64,000 nucleotides of DNA, taken from Thalassobaculaceae bacterium. GTDB taxonomy: Bacteria; Pseudomonadota; Alphaproteobacteria; Thalassobaculales; Thalassobaculaceae. A program made the translations under genes and the position numbers. Positions within the stretch are counted from its first letter, which is position 1. Every line of letters begins with the position of its first letter. Shown here piece by piece: positions 18,901 to 26,846 of this stretch. Below the pieces are notes generated by a model, which saw only the letters and a program-made list of their open reading frames with translations, had not been told where the DNA came from and ran no database searches. The DNA lies in the NCBI GenBank assembly GCA_965228875.1, contig OZ245843.1, positions 1-64,000 on the forward strand. Direction: 5' to 3'.

Positions 18901-19813
18901 GGCGGACGGCGTCGTAGACGCGGCCGACCCACGCCATCAGCGCCGGATCCGTCTTCAGCGCATCGTCGTCGAGCGCGTGATGCCGCAGCCCGGCGTCCAG
19001 GAAGCCGTCGACTTCTTCCGTCGCGGCCGCGATCCGCCCGGCGATCCCGAGCTCGAGATCGCCATCGACGCGCGTCATCTCGCCGGCCCAACCGGCCATC
19101 AGCCGGTCGAAGCTGGCCCAGGACTGCGGCACGCCGTCGCTGAATTCCAGCGCTTCGATCTGGTGGCGCAGCCATAGCAGCAGGGCGCGTCCCCTCGGCA
19201 TGCCGTCGCGGCGCTCCAGCGACCGGGCGATTTCCAGCGGGTGACGCAGCATGTGCAGGACCTTCACCTGCATGCCTCGCGCCTCAAGCATCTGCCGCCA
19301 CAGCGGCATCAGCCGACACATCCGCGGGTCCTTCACGCCCCACAGGGCGGTACCCGTGAACTCGTCGTCGAGGATCGATTCGAGGTCGGCCCGCGCCGCC
19401 CGGGTCGCCGGGTGCTCCAGCCAGCCGTCGGGCATGGCGCGGGGATCGTCCCAGCGCATGCCAAGCTGGGCGAGCAGTCGGTCGTGTCGACTGACGACGC
19501 CCTGATGCTCCCAGAACCCGCGCTCGTTGTTGCCCTCAGCGGCCTCCATGAGGTCGGTGCCGAGGTCGACGCCGAGCAGGTTGACGACCCGGGTCAGCGC
19601 AGACGTGCCGCTGCGGTGCATGCCAAGGATCAGGACGGCGTTCGGGCCGCCGCCACCGTCTGACATCGAGGTTTCGGCAGTCTCGGCGGCTTCGGCGTCG
19701 GGCGAGGTCGGCATCGGCAATCCAGGCAATTGGGTGATGTTGCGATACATGTGCCGGCCGCTGCCGGTCAACTGCGAAGCCTTTCCGGCTGTCGGCGGAG
19801 AGAGGATTTGCAA
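15980..19813 (-). CDS. Multidomain protein: N-terminal sulfotransferase-like domain, coiled coil, two GT2 glycosyltransferase domains
   Basis: LGMHRSGTS, KDPR and RHP..IARSL (PAPS-binding type); 13 heptad repeats; STSWRVTAPMR; GT2a SVVMPTY, DDGS, LDHDD, YSDED, SQDYDL; GT2b VIVPTRD, VDNGS, LLNND, NDVDFCL, HHESVSRG. Start may instead be ATG 19750 or 19714. Confidence 0.9.
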   Translation of the reverse strand: MQILSPPTAGKASQLTGSGRHMYRNITQLPGLPMPTSPDAEAAETAETSMSDGGGGPNAVLILGMHRSGTSALTRVVNLLGVDLGTDLMEAAEGNNERGFWEHQGVVSRHDRLLAQLGMRWDDPRAMPDGWLEHPATRAARADLESILDDEFTGTALWGVKDPRMCRLMPLWRQMLEARGMQVKVLHMLRHPLEIARSLERRDGMPRGRALLLWLRHQIEALEFSDGVPQSWASFDRLMAGWAGEMTRVDGDLELGIAGRIAAATEEVDGFLDAGLRHHALDDDALKTDPALMAWVGRVYDAVRRADGGDRDSTLTEIRAVADEIDRAGYYFDDTFAGWAGIELRLRAEVDLRDDRIRGLDTSLLERDGTIAERDSRIAERERQIAERDQAVGERDRSLTERERIIAEREREIHVRDAAIAERDRSIVERDRSIAERDRALDERDRSVSERDAIIRRLSQDAEARAATIETLQADVGHLHGQLGQLHRDLDARNIHVQNLEGALAAMKASTSWRVTAPMRATRSWLSGVRRLTHTLTPDQLFHVRHVEGDVWEATDSFPVMLLRSDRGRMPTGWVRLTYRIKGERMAAPSLFPDLGNGTAEIDRKRLPVTDGAEVTCFLRLPDDVHALRLDPINWKGRFEMGPITAREISRLELLRELASNAYAEEGVRPMLGNLRRGGVQGLKEYLIKKLPTPIETYEDWRDLFYTLTDSDRAEIRDHIERMADRPTFSVVMPTYETPPALLKAAIESVKGQIYPDWELCIADDGSKNAETREMLARYAAEDPRIKVVFRETNGHISAATNSALEVATGAWVALLDHDDELTEDALYWMAATLETHPDTDILYSDEDKIGEDGRLSDPYFKPDWSPELFLSQNMINHLGVYRRSLIETAGRFREGFEGSQDYDLALRVLEQTTPERVRHVPVVLYHWRMVAGSVALATGEKTYPYERARMAIAEHLERTGVKAEVEAGRDGLSHRVRPALPSRRPHVTVIVPTRDRVDMMRMVVTGLLENTDYPNWDLIIVDNGSEQEETLSYFREISEDRRISVLRDDAPFNFSRLNNLAVTKAKGPLVLLLNNDIEPIDSGWLEEMVRQLQRPGVGAVGAKLYYPNDTVQHVGVTTGIGGVAGHFDKHLPREAPGYFSRAQLIHNVSATTAACLLTTKKIYKQVGGMNENELKVAFNDVDFCLKIRAAGHRIVLTPFAELYHHESVSRGLEDTAEKRERFRGEMLWMRDKWGDLLDADPYFNPNLNLDQETPSLAIPPRVEKPWERRNEAPADD
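18446..18718 (-). repeat. 13 tandem 21-nt (7-aa) repeats encoding a coiled coil
   Basis: ERDGTIA ERDSRIA ERERQIA ERDQAVG ERDRSLT ERERIIA EREREIH VRDAAIA ERDRSIV ERDRSIA ERDRALD ERDRSVS ERDAIIR. Confidence 0.92.
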
Positions 19814-19957
19814 CGGCTCCCGTTTCGTAACACACTCCGGCGCAACGGCGGGGATGACGATTCCCGTTTGATGAATTTGCCGGTTTGGCTATAAGCCGTT
19901 TCAACCAAGGCGGTTCACAACACCGGTGCGGGCACCACAGCAATAGCGGACGGCACG

Positions 19958-20251
19958 ATGGGTAAGTATCTCGACGATCTTTGGAACGACCTGGAGAAGA
20001 CCTGGGATCTCGCGATGGAGATCAACGACCTTCCCGAGGCGGATCGAAGCGACGTGGCGTCGGCGTGGGAGAAGTTCAAGGGATCCGATCTTGTCGATTC
20101 CGCGCGGACCGAGACCGAGGCCGCCGGAACGGTCCCGCCGGTCAAGGTCTTCTGCACCAACATCTACGGCATCCAGTTCAATCCGGAGACCAAGTATTGG
20201 ATCCCGTTCCGCCATGGTGACATCGACCTCGCGAAGTTCACCGAGGATTGA
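19958..20251 (+). CDS. Small acidic hypothetical protein (97 aa)
   Basis: ATG start with GC3-rich codons; upstream TTGATG-N16-TATAAG (19868-19895); downstream hairpin. Confidence 0.8.
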   Translation: MGKYLDDLWNDLEKTWDLAMEINDLPEADRSDVASAWEKFKGSDLVDSARTETEAAGTVPPVKVFCTNIYGIQFNPETKYWIPFRHGDIDLAKFTED

Positions 20252-20254
20252 GGG

Positions 20255-20286
20255 GCCGAGACCCCTACTGTCCGGGGTCTCTCGGC
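20255..20286 (+). terminator. Hairpin after the 97-aa gene (terminator or processing stem)
   Basis: GAGACCCC (20258-20265) pairs with GGGGTCTC (20274-20281); no U-tract. Confidence 0.4.
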
Positions 20287-20345
20287 GGTACTCTGTCGGG
20301 CGGTGACACCCTCGGGTCAATGACGCCGGATCGGTCAGTGCCGCG

Positions 20346-22451
20346 ATGCAGAAACAGGAACCAGTTTCCGTCCACAACCTTCTGAAGGCCTGCTACACGG
20401 CGTTCTTCGCCTGCGGCGTTTTCAGCTTCTTCGTCAACCTGCTGATGTTGACGATGCCGCTGTTCATGTTCCAGGTGTTCGACCGCGTGCTGGCTAGCCG
20501 CAGCGAGGCGACGCTTTTCCTGCTGCTGCTCATGGCGGCTGCCGCCCTCGTCGTTCAGGCGGCGCTGGACAGCGTGAGGTCCTTCGCCTTCGTTCGGATT
20601 TCGCGCTGGATCGACCGGCGCATCGCGCCCCTGCTGCTGTCGGCCTCGGTCGCCGAGGCCCTCGACCGGTCGAAGACCGCCAGCAGCAACGTGCTGCGCC
20701 AGCTTTCGGTGCTGCGGAATTTCCTGACCGGCCCGGGCATGCTGACGGTGCTCGACCTGCCATGGGTGCCGATCTTCCTGCTTCTCATCCTCTACATGAA
20801 CGCGCCGATGGGTTTCGCCGCGCTTGGCGGCGCCCTGGTGATGCTCGCGCTGGGGCTGACCAACGACCATCTGACCCGGCCGGCGCTGAACGACGCTCAG
20901 ACCTACTCGAACCGGGCCTACGCGGCGGCGGACGCTGCGGTGCGGAACGCTTCGGTGGTCGAGAGCATGGGTATGCGCCAGGCTGTTATCCGGCGGTTCC
21001 TGACCGAGAACGAGGCGGTGCTGGCGCTCCAGAGCCGGGCCAGCGATCGGGCTGCGATGTTCCTGGCGGCGTCCAAGTCGTCGCGCATGCTGATTCAGAT
21101 GCTGATCATGACCGTCGCCGCGACGCAGATCATCGATCCGCACACGCCGATGACGGGCGGCATGATGATCGCAAGCGTCCTGATCCTCGGCCGTGCCCTG
21201 CAGCCGATCGAGCAGGGGGTCGCCCAGGCCCGGGGCATGATCGAGGCACTCGCGGCGTACAGGCAGATCGAGGAGACGCTGCGCAGCGCCCAGGATCAGC
21301 CCGAACGCATGCGCCTCCCCGCGCCGGAGGGGCGGATCAGCGCCGAGAACCTGTTCTACCAGCCGACCGGGCTGGCGAAGCCGATCCTTCAGCGCATCCA
21401 GTTCGAGGTCGAGGCGGGCGAAACTCTCGGAATCGTCGGGCCGTCCGCCGCGGGCAAGTCCAGCCTGGCGCGGCTCCTCGTCGGGGTCGAACGGCCGACG
21501 GTCGGCGCGGTGCGGCTGGACGGTGCCGACATCTACTCCTGGGACAACGAGGAACTGGGCCGGCACATCGGCTATATGCCGCAGGACGTGGAACTGTTCT
21601 CCGGCACCGTGGCTCAGAATATCGGCCGCCTGCAGGACAATCCCGATCCGGACGAGGTGGTCAAGGCGGCGAAGCTGGCGGGACTGCACGACCTGATCCT
21701 GCGCCTGCCGGACGGCTACGACACCGAGATCGGCTGGGCCGGCCAGATCCTGTCCGGCGGCCAGCGCCAGCGCGTCGCCCTGGCACGCGCGCTTTTCGGC
21801 GGCCCCCGTGTGGTGGTCCTGGACGAGCCGAACGCCAACCTGGACAGTCAGGGCGACGACGCCCTGGTGCAGGCGCTCAAGGCGATGAAGGCGGCGAACG
21901 TGACGGTGATCCTCATCACGCATCGGCCGTCCACGCTGGCGCTCATGGACAAGATCATGGTGCTGAACGGCGGCACGGTGCAGCGCTTCGGGCCTCGCGA
22001 CGAGACCCTGTCCTTCCTGCAGCAGGGGCGTCGCCCCGCCGTGGAAGGGCCGCAGGCCGGCGGCGGCACCCCCCAGATCGTGGGCCCGCGCGGCGGCGAA
22101 CCGTCGGGGCCGCAGCGCGAGAGGCCGACACCCGACTCCTTCGCCGGACCGGTTTCCGCCGATGCGTCATCCGGCGACCCGGTATCCGATGGCCCGGTAT
22201 CTGGCGATCCCGACTCTGCCGGGACCGGCAGGGACATGCCCGACGGACCGTCGCGCGCCGTCGACGGGGAGGTGGTCGAGGCGCCGGAGATTCCCGAGCC
22301 GCCGACACCGGAGGATGCCGAGCCGGATGCGCCCCGTGGCCCCCGCGGCCGAGGTGCGGTGGTTCGCCCGCCCGGGCCGATCAAGGCGCGGGCGACATCG
22401 CTGCAGGTGCAGAGCGTGCGGGCGATCTCCGCCGAGCCCAACAAGGACTGA
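20346..22451 (+). CDS. Type I secretion ABC permease/ATPase, PrtD/RsaD family
   Basis: N-terminal TM domain (MFQVFDRVLASRS), Walker A GPSAAGKS, YMPQDVELF, LSGGQRQR, LDEPNANLD; long low-complexity C-terminal tail. Confidence 0.93.
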   Translation: MQKQEPVSVHNLLKACYTAFFACGVFSFFVNLLMLTMPLFMFQVFDRVLASRSEATLFLLLLMAAAALVVQAALDSVRSFAFVRISRWIDRRIAPLLLSASVAEALDRSKTASSNVLRQLSVLRNFLTGPGMLTVLDLPWVPIFLLLILYMNAPMGFAALGGALVMLALGLTNDHLTRPALNDAQTYSNRAYAAADAAVRNASVVESMGMRQAVIRRFLTENEAVLALQSRASDRAAMFLAASKSSRMLIQMLIMTVAATQIIDPHTPMTGGMMIASVLILGRALQPIEQGVAQARGMIEALAAYRQIEETLRSAQDQPERMRLPAPEGRISAENLFYQPTGLAKPILQRIQFEVEAGETLGIVGPSAAGKSSLARLLVGVERPTVGAVRLDGADIYSWDNEELGRHIGYMPQDVELFSGTVAQNIGRLQDNPDPDEVVKAAKLAGLHDLILRLPDGYDTEIGWAGQILSGGQRQRVALARALFGGPRVVVLDEPNANLDSQGDDALVQALKAMKAANVTVILITHRPSTLALMDKIMVLNGGTVQRFGPRDETLSFLQQGRRPAVEGPQAGGGTPQIVGPRGGEPSGPQRERPTPDSFAGPVSADASSGDPVSDGPVSGDPDSAGTGRDMPDGPSRAVDGEVVEAPEIPEPPTPEDAEPDAPRGPRGRGAVVRPPGPIKARATSLQVQSVRAISAEPNKD

Positions 22452-22466
22452 TCGGGAACCCCGCCG

Positions 22467-23822
22467 ATGGCACTGGTGCGCAGCGACGAGCCGAAGGACC
22501 TGACCCGCTGGGAGGACCCGCTGGCCCATGATCCGGAACGCAATCCGATGTCGTGGCGCGTGGTTCTTTGGATCGGCTATGCCATCGTCCTGTTGTTCTT
22601 CGGCGTGTTCGGCGTCTGGGCGGCGTTCGCGCCGCTCGGTTCTGGCGCCATCGCCATCGGCCAGATCGAGGTCGCCGGCAGCCAGAAGGTGGTGCAGCAC
22701 CTGGAGGGTGGGATCATCAAGGCGATCCGGGTGCGGGAGGGCGACATCGTCAGGGCCGGCGACGTCCTGATCGAGCTGCAGGGCACCCAGGCCTCCGTCA
22801 ACCGCGAGCGGCTGACACAGCGCTCGCTGGCGCTGCTGGGCGAGGAGGCGCGGCTGATCGCCGAGCGCGACGACAGGGACACGATCGACTTCCCGGAGGT
22901 TCTGACGGGTCGGGCCGACGACCCTTATGTGCAGTCGATCGTGGATGGGGAGCGCCGCCTGTTCGAGGGTCGCAGGGCCGCTTTCAAGAGCCAGCAGGGC
23001 CTGCTGGACAAGCGTGTCGCCAAGAGCCGGGAGGAGATCGTCGCGCTGGCGGCGCAGCAGCGTTCCGACCGTCGCCAGTTGGAGATCATCGACGAGGAGA
23101 TCTCCGGCGTGCGGGAACTGTTCGAGAAGGGGCTGGAGCGCAAGCCGCGCCTGCTCGGTCTGCAGCGCCAGCAGGCCAGCCTCCAGGGCTCGATCGACAA
23201 CCGCGAGGCACTTATGGCCCGCGCCGAGCAGACGATCGCGGAGACGGAATTCCAGCGCTTGACGGTTGTCGAGCAGAACCGCGCGGAGATCGAGACGGAA
23301 CTCCGCGACACCCAGACCCAGTTGCAGGATCTTCGCGAGCAACTGGTCTCCGCCGAGGACCAGATCTCGCGCAATACGGTGCGGGCGCCGCGCAGCGGCA
23401 AGGTATACGGCCTGCGCTTTCACACGGAGGGCGGCGTGATCGGTCCGGGCGAGCCGATCATGAACATCGTGCCCGAGGACGAGGAACTCATCGTCAAGGC
23501 GAAGATCCAGCCGACGGACATCGACGTGGTCGAGATCGGTGCGCCGACGACCGTACGGCTGACCGCCTACAGCCAGCGCACCGCCAAGCCGATCGACGGA
23601 CGCGTGGTGCATATCTCGCCGGACGTGGTCACGCCGACGGAGGGGCCGCCGCACTACGAGGCGCGCATCCGCCTGAGCACCGAAATGCTGGCGCAGCACG
23701 ATGTCGATCTTGTTCCGGGCATGCCGGCCATGGCGATCATCTCCACCGGCGACCAGACGCTTCTCGAGTATCTGATCTCGCCGCTGACGCGGTCGCTGGA
23801 GACCGCCTTCCGCGAGCAGTGA
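22467..23822 (+). CDS. Type I secretion membrane fusion protein, HlyD/PrtE family
   Basis: Single TM, VQHLEGGI, coiled coil, RAP.SG, PGMPA and LLEYLISP motifs. Confidence 0.94.
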   Translation: MALVRSDEPKDLTRWEDPLAHDPERNPMSWRVVLWIGYAIVLLFFGVFGVWAAFAPLGSGAIAIGQIEVAGSQKVVQHLEGGIIKAIRVREGDIVRAGDVLIELQGTQASVNRERLTQRSLALLGEEARLIAERDDRDTIDFPEVLTGRADDPYVQSIVDGERRLFEGRRAAFKSQQGLLDKRVAKSREEIVALAAQQRSDRRQLEIIDEEISGVRELFEKGLERKPRLLGLQRQQASLQGSIDNREALMARAEQTIAETEFQRLTVVEQNRAEIETELRDTQTQLQDLREQLVSAEDQISRNTVRAPRSGKVYGLRFHTEGGVIGPGEPIMNIVPEDEELIVKAKIQPTDIDVVEIGAPTTVRLTAYSQRTAKPIDGRVVHISPDVVTPTEGPPHYEARIRLSTEMLAQHDVDLVPGMPAMAIISTGDQTLLEYLISPLTRSLETAFREQ

Positions 23823-23826
23823 TCCG

Positions 23827-25038
23827 GTGAGCGTCCCTCCGCCCTTCCTGCCCTACGGCCGCCAGTCCATCGACGAGGCCGATATCGCGGCTGTCGTCGA
23901 GGTCCTGCGCGGCGATTTCCTGACGACCGGGCCGACGGTCGATGCGTTCGAGACGGCCTTCGCCACGGCTGTCGGCGCCCCGTATGCCGTCGCCTGCTCC
24001 AGCGGGACCGCCGGACTCCACCTCGCGATGATGGCGCTCGGCGTCGGCCCCGGAGACGCGGTCGTGGTGCCGACGGTGACGTTCCTGGCCAGCGCCAACT
24101 GCGCGATCTATGTCGGCGCCGAGGCGGTCTTCGCCGACGTCGACGCGGAAAGCGGTCTGACCACCGTGCCGGCGGTGGCGCGGGCCGTGGAGCGGGCGGG
24201 CCGCCAGCGGGTCAAGGCGATCGTCGCCGTGCACCTCAACGGTCACTGCGTCGATGTCGCCGCCCTGGCCGAAGCCTTCCCGGACATCCCGATCGTCGAG
24301 GATGCCTGCCACGCGCTGGGTGCTGCGGCCGAGGGCACGCCGGTAGGTGCCTGCGCGCACTCGGCGATCGCCATGTTCTCGACCCACCCGGTGAAGACCG
24401 TCGCCACCGGCGAGGGCGGCGTACTGACCACGGGGGATCCGGTTCTCGACGAGCGCCTGCGCCGTTATCGCAACCATGGCATGGTCCGGGATCCGCAGCG
24501 CTTCCAGGATCGCGCGACTGGGTTCGGCGCATCCGGCGAGCCCAACCCCTGGTACTACGAGATGCCGGAGCCGGGGTACAACTACAGGCTCTCGGACATT
24601 CACGCCGCGCTCGGACTGTCGCAGATCTCGCGGCTGGCAGGTTTCGTCGACCGGCGCCGGGCGCTGCGGCGGCGCTACGAGGCGGCGCTCGAGCGCTGCG
24701 CGCCCCATGTCCGCGCACTCCCGACGGCTCATGGATGCGAGCCGGCCTGGCACCTGTCGGTCGCGCTGATCGATTTCGCCGCGCTGGATATCGATCGCGG
24801 CACGGTGATGCGCCGGCTTCGGGAGGCCGGGATCGGCACCCAGGTGCACTACGTCCCGGTTCACCGCCAACCCTATTTCCGCACGCAAGCGCCGACGCCC
24901 GAACTGCCCGGCGCCGAGGGGTATTACAGCCGCTGTCTCTCCCTTCCGCTGTTTCCTGCCATGAGAGATGACGACGTCGATCATGTCGTGCGAGAGTTGG
25001 CGCGAGCGGTCGGTAATGGAGGCGACAGACCTTCCTGA
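23827..25038 (+). CDS. pseC: UDP-4-amino-4,6-dideoxy-N-acetyl-beta-L-altrosamine transaminase (DegT family)
   Basis: LPYGRQSI, FLT.GP, EDACHALG, PLP-lysine motif HPVK..TGEGG, WYYEM..GYNYRLSD, QVHY.P; near pseB. Confidence 0.9.
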   Translation: MSVPPPFLPYGRQSIDEADIAAVVEVLRGDFLTTGPTVDAFETAFATAVGAPYAVACSSGTAGLHLAMMALGVGPGDAVVVPTVTFLASANCAIYVGAEAVFADVDAESGLTTVPAVARAVERAGRQRVKAIVAVHLNGHCVDVAALAEAFPDIPIVEDACHALGAAAEGTPVGACAHSAIAMFSTHPVKTVATGEGGVLTTGDPVLDERLRRYRNHGMVRDPQRFQDRATGFGASGEPNPWYYEMPEPGYNYRLSDIHAALGLSQISRLAGFVDRRRALRRRYEAALERCAPHVRALPTAHGCEPAWHLSVALIDFAALDIDRGTVMRRLREAGIGTQVHYVPVHRQPYFRTQAPTPELPGAEGYYSRCLSLPLFPAMRDDDVDHVVRELARAVGNGGDRPS

Positions 25039-25109
25039 CAGGCGGCTCCAGGGAAGCGATGGCATTTTGCCGCCCCGGTACTTCGGTTCCGGGGAACGTC
25101 GGACGGGAC

Positions 25110-25727
25110 ATGGCCTGGATAGAACGCAAGCCAAGGATTCTCGCCTCGCTCGACGGGGCGCTGGAGAGTTTTCGCACGGCGGACTGCCGGGCGCTGGCGG
25201 TCGGGTACCAGGCAATGCTCGCGGCGGCGGGCGGCGCGTTGCCGGCCAAGAACGGCCTCGACATCTCGGTCTTCACCGCCGCTCTCCCGAGCATGGTGCT
25301 CTGCGCCGTCATTCCGCCCGACCGCTGCATCTATCGCCTGGCCGGCGAGGCGACCAAGACGCGCATGGGGCTCAACCCGGTCGGTCGCAACTATTACGAC
25401 TTCGTGCCGGAGGCGCGCCGCGCCTACGCCCAGCACGCCATGAACATGGTAGTCGAGGGACCGAGCGCGTTCCGAGCGGAGATCGAGCAGACCTACTCCG
25501 GCGGCCTGCGGCGGCAGATCGAGGTCGTGGCCCTGCCGCTGCTCTCGGAGGAGGTGGGGGTCAAGGGCTTCATTCTGTTCGGCGACTGTCAGATCGACGC
25601 GCGGTTTGACGATCCGCCGTCCGAGGCCACCCTGCTCGACGCGAACGTCACAAGACGCGACCTGATCGACCTCGGCCATGGTGTCGATCCGTCCTTCGTC
25701 GACATCGTCCAGATCGCCCCGGTCTGA
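25110..25727 (+). CDS. Stand-alone PAS-like domain protein
   Basis: LP...LD, YRLAGE, G.NP.GRNY.D and EVVALPL pattern typical of alphaproteobacterial PAS_5-like proteins. Confidence 0.65.
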   Translation: MAWIERKPRILASLDGALESFRTADCRALAVGYQAMLAAAGGALPAKNGLDISVFTAALPSMVLCAVIPPDRCIYRLAGEATKTRMGLNPVGRNYYDFVPEARRAYAQHAMNMVVEGPSAFRAEIEQTYSGGLRRQIEVVALPLLSEEVGVKGFILFGDCQIDARFDDPPSEATLLDANVTRRDLIDLGHGVDPSFVDIVQIAPV

Positions 25728-25812
25728 CGGCATTGTTGCCGCGAGCGGCGCCCGGCGGGACAATGCGGGGTGATTCGCGCGCCCCGCTGGGGGCTTCGGC
25801 GGGGAGGATTCC

Positions 25813-26829
25813 ATGCGGCAGTTCGATCAGAGCTTTGTCGACCTGAACGGCAAGACGGTCCTGGTGACCGGCGGAACCGGATCATTCGGCAAGCAGTTCA
25901 TCCGCACCGTGCTGGCCAACTTCAAGACCCGGCGCTGCATCGTCTTCTCCCGCGACGAGCAGAAGCAGTACGAGATGGGGCTGGAGATCGCGCCCGACAG
26001 ACACCCGGAAATCCGTTACTTCCTGGGCGACGTGCGCGATGTCGATCGCCTGGAGATGGCGATGCGCGATGTCGACTACGTGGTCCACGCCGCCGCGATC
26101 AAGCACGTGCCGACGGCGGAGTACAACCCGTTCGAATGCGTCATGACCAACGTCCACGGCGCCGAGAACATCGTCAAGGCGGCGCTGCGCACCGGTGTGA
26201 AGCGGGTGATCGCGCTGTCGACCGACAAGGCGGCCAATCCGATCAACCTCTACGGCGCCACCAAACTCGCCTCCGACAAGATCTTCATCGCCGCCAACAA
26301 CCTGTCTGGGGCCGGCGGGTGCACGTTCTCGGTGGTGCGCTACGGCAACGTGATCGGCTCGCGTGGTAGCGTCATCCCGTTCTTCAAGCAGCTCATCGCC
26401 GACCGGAAGGATCACCTGCCGATCACCGACGCGCGGATGACCCGGTTCTGGATCACCCTGCAGCAGGGGGTGAATTTCGTGCTGAGCAGCCTGGAGATGA
26501 TGAAGGGCGGTGAGATCTTCGTGCCGAAGATCCCGTCGATGAAGATCGTCGATGTCGCCGCCTGTCTCGGTCCCGGCCTCCCGCACAAGGTGGTGGGTAT
26601 CCGCCCGGGAGAGAAGCTGCACGAGGTCATGGTTCCGGAGGACGATGCCCGCACGACGGTCGAGATCGACGACCGCTTCATCATCCTGCCGGCGTTCACG
26701 GAAGGCCCGCGCGCGATGTGGACGGGGGCCGGCGCCAGGCCGGTCGACCCGGAGTTCCGCTATGCCAGCGACAGCAACGACGAATGGCTCTCGGCGGACG
26801 ACCTCAACTGCATGGTGGAGCAGCTGTAG
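25813..26829 (+). CDS. pseB: UDP-N-acetylglucosamine 4,6-dehydratase (inverting)
   Basis: TGGTGSFG, SRDE.KQ, HAAA.KHVP.AEYNPFE, LSTDKA, YGATK, MTRFWITL and GIRPGEKLHE motifs; SD GGAGG. Confidence 0.95.
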   Translation: MRQFDQSFVDLNGKTVLVTGGTGSFGKQFIRTVLANFKTRRCIVFSRDEQKQYEMGLEIAPDRHPEIRYFLGDVRDVDRLEMAMRDVDYVVHAAAIKHVPTAEYNPFECVMTNVHGAENIVKAALRTGVKRVIALSTDKAANPINLYGATKLASDKIFIAANNLSGAGGCTFSVVRYGNVIGSRGSVIPFFKQLIADRKDHLPITDARMTRFWITLQQGVNFVLSSLEMMKGGEIFVPKIPSMKIVDVAACLGPGLPHKVVGIRPGEKLHEVMVPEDDARTTVEIDDRFIILPAFTEGPRAMWTGAGARPVDPEFRYASDSNDEWLSADDLNCMVEQL

Positions 26830-26846
26830 CCCCCGGGCTCTCCCGC

